Shown here one piece after another: positions 61,253-64,000 of a stretch of 64,000 nucleotides of DNA. The stretch spans positions 4,774,001 through 4,838,000 of the forward strand of contig CM022668.1 in the NCBI GenBank assembly GCA_012295275.1. The letters run 5' to 3'. Source of the DNA: Chrysomallon squamiferum (lineage: Eukaryota; Animalia; Mollusca). The position numbers and the translations under genes were made by a program. Each line of letters begins with the position of its first letter. Positions within the stretch are counted from its first letter, which is position 1. The notes beneath the pieces are model-generated. The model saw nothing but the letters and a program-made list of their open reading frames with translations, had not been told where the DNA came from and did no database searches.

Positions 61253-63272
61253 CTATATGTCTATAATAAGAGAAGAAAAGGAAAAGAAATGTGATTAGAA
61301 AACGTAACAAGATGTTTGTTTTCTACTGACAACCCCATTTGTACTGTGCCACTTAAGTCTAATAAACTTGAAAGACGATACATAATTTACAGTATACTTT
61401 TGGAAATAAAATAACATAAGTATTTTATGAAACTGAAATATTATAACAGACAAAATCAAAACTCCTCTCCTTGAAATAAATAAATAAATAATTAAAAAAT
61501 TCGTAAATGGGAATAGCTGAAGATACGTTAGACGGACGTCAAAGAAAACGCAATTATTATCTAATGAATTAACAAGACGTTACCATAGCAGCACAGTTTA
61601 GTTGCATCTGCGCAGACGTAGCCTAGAGCTACAATGCCCAAGTTGTCATTACAAGATGATGCTGACATGCATTCTGCATACTCCACATAATCGGCACAGT
61701 CTAAAAGGAAAATTACAAAACAAAAGACAAAATAATTAAAATAGAGTTATTCTCTCTCTTTCTCTGTCTCTCTTTCTTTATCCCTCTCTCCCTCTATCTC
61801 TCTGCCACTTTCTCTTTCTCTTTCTCTCTCTCAGTCATTCTCTTTCTTTCTCTGTCTCTTTTTCTGTGACTCTCTCTCTCTCTCTGTTCTCTCTGTCTCT
61901 GTATATCTCTCTGTTCTCTCTTTTTCTCTCTGTGTGTCTCTTAGATACGCAAAAACCCACCAGAAACATTGTTTTATTCGTAATTTGTCATTCTGTTCTT
62001 GTGAATATATGAAGTATGTATATCTGTGCATTTCTGTGTACACGCACTGTTTATATAAAATACATTTTAAGTAAGTAATTCTCAGAAACATACCAGATGA
62101 GAGAGACTGATGACAACAGAGACAGAACAAGAAAGACAAAATAATATATAGAAGAAGAGAGGAAGAAACAACGAGAGAGATAGTTACGGTAGGAATTATT
62201 CAATATTTGTTCTATCATTTGAATTAAAACAGGTATAATGTGTAAGGGAGAACTGTTTACGGATAATATTATACGTATGTATGTTTGGATAAGAGTATGT
62301 GTTTGTGTGCATGCACTGATCTAAATATATTGACATGCTTTCTGTATTTGTCAAGAAACTAAATTAAGAAAAGATGCTTAATATATTACCTGGAGGAGCT
62401 TCGGAGAGAAACGAGAAAGAAACAAAACAAAATTATTTTAATACATCAGGTACAGAAAAGACGAATATTTTTAATGTATGTATGTCTGTATGTATGTATG
62501 TATGTATATTTGTATGTATGTATGTATGTATGTGTGTATGTATGTAGGTATGTAAGAAATGGGATAACACATAGATTAAATAACGCCCCTCCGGTAAAAC
62601 GTTCTGACGATTCATAAATAAAAACTGTGAAACATCTAAAAGTTCACAATTGGAAATTGAACATTTCACGTGATATAACTGAAGGGGAAGTTGTACGGAC
62701 GTCAAAGGAAACAGAAGCATTATCGAATCAATTAACATGAAATTACCAAGGCAGCACACTTCAGTCTGATTCGCACAGGTGTAAGCATCATCTTCAGAGC
62801 CAAGGGTACTTAAACAGTCTGATGATGACGCACACACGGCAGTTACTACCATATGAGCCGAACAGTCTAAAAGGAAAATTAGAAAGGAAAAAAGAAAAGA
62901 TTAAAACTGAGTCTCTCTGTTTCTGTCTCTATATCGTTCTCTTTCTTTATCAGTTTCTCTCTCTCTGAAACATTTGAACTAAAACTGGATCAATGTGTAA
63001 CGTAGAAGTATCTATTGATGATGTAAGTAACAGCTTCAGCGAGGTGAATAATAAATAAATGAAATAAAAAGTGTATAAAATAAAAACAGCAATGATAACA
63101 CTTACGCGGAAATGCTTTGTTTGTATAAACGCATGTATGTTTGTATGTATGAAATGAGTGTCTGTTTATATGAATGCACTGATCTAAACATCTGGATCTG
63201 TTTCATGCATTTTTTTTTCTATGGAGAAACTAAATGAAGAAAAGATCTTTGATATCTTACCTGGAAGATTAC
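61253..63272 (-). CDS. 3' end of a small Cys-rich protein gene with two six-Cys beta-defensin-like domains and microexon linkers; 5' end not found in the window
   Basis: Exons 63272-63261 (12 nt), 62866-62747 (DCSAHMVVTAVCASSSDCLSTLGSEDDAYTCANQTEVCCL), 62398-62390 (9 nt), 61700-61584 (DCADYVEYAECMSASSCNDNLGIVALGYVCADATKLCCY) and 61260-61253 (DI*). All are phase 1 with AG/GT sites and polypyrimidine tracts. A minus-strand AATAAA lies at ~61201-61206. Confidence 0.72.
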
Positions 63273-64000
63273 CTTCAAAGAAAAAAGAAAAAAACAGAAG
63301 ATATATATATTATTTTAATACATGAGGGAGAAGACGAATATTTTTAATGTTTATATATATCTATCTATGTACATATATGTTTACATTCACAACACAGTTT
63401 AAAAGTACAAACAAAAGTGTTCAGGGGTTATTCAAATCTACTTGTAAATTACTTAAATGTACTTTCTCAACATATATGAAGAAAAACAAAACATCTAACA
63501 TTTCACGAGAAACATTCTAAAACAAACCATGTTCGTTGAGGACATTTTAAAACATTTCCGTATTTTTTACTGAATTCATTAGTAGATCCTTGGAGAATAT
63601 GACTTTATCCAGACATATGATTCTGAAAATCGCGATGCGAGTAAGATGTCGTTTTGACTGCAAATTATGATGGGACATGCAGTTATTACACGTTTCATAG
63701 TCGCTAAGTAAAATAGTGCTCCGTCACCATTTTACACTTGACAAAGATGCGGCCATTGTCAAGTATTTTGAAAATTATTTGATCTACCCTTTTAATCTGT
63801 CAAATTTAAAATTTATTCAAAAAAGTGTTTTGTGGTTTGTAATGTACGATTCCAGAAGACTTCTAGTTGAGGTTTCAAAATATCTGTTTTTGCTTTTGAG
63901 CCGAGGATGAGGATTTGCTCTATTGAGAGTATTTAAAAATGATTTTCCCAGTCATGGGCAGGTAGATTAAAATATTCACACGAATGACCTTTTCGTGCTT

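Overview
This is AT-rich, microsatellite-dense, intron-containing animal DNA, probably an invertebrate and plausibly a mollusc (inference). Almost all supplied ORFs are microsatellite translations, and the real genes appear only after manual splicing. (1) 555-2313: 5' exons of a minus-strand Ser/Asp/Glu-rich gene, followed by a ~2 kb tandem duplication with a truncated hAT remnant between the copies. (2) ~9-49 kb: a cluster of secreted single-domain fibrinogen-related (FReD, ficolin/FIBCD1-like) genes with five coding exons (signal, B, C, D, E). Two copies are intact (9868-12442, 26043-29017), two full-length copies are disrupted, and three are inverted partial copies. Orphan exons, segmental and inverted duplications, an (AG)n tract in every D-E intron and a 2.8 kb 31-bp satellite also lie here. 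(3) After a 200-N gap: a decayed type-I membrane receptor gene with three UMOD/GP2-type D8C-like modules, EGF exons, an intact TM exon and an intact tail exon. (4) A hAT-type MITE with an 8-bp TSD. (5) The 3' end of an apparently intact minus-strand gene that alternates 9-12 nt microexons with six-Cys beta-defensin-like exons. All models were read by eye; no searches were run.
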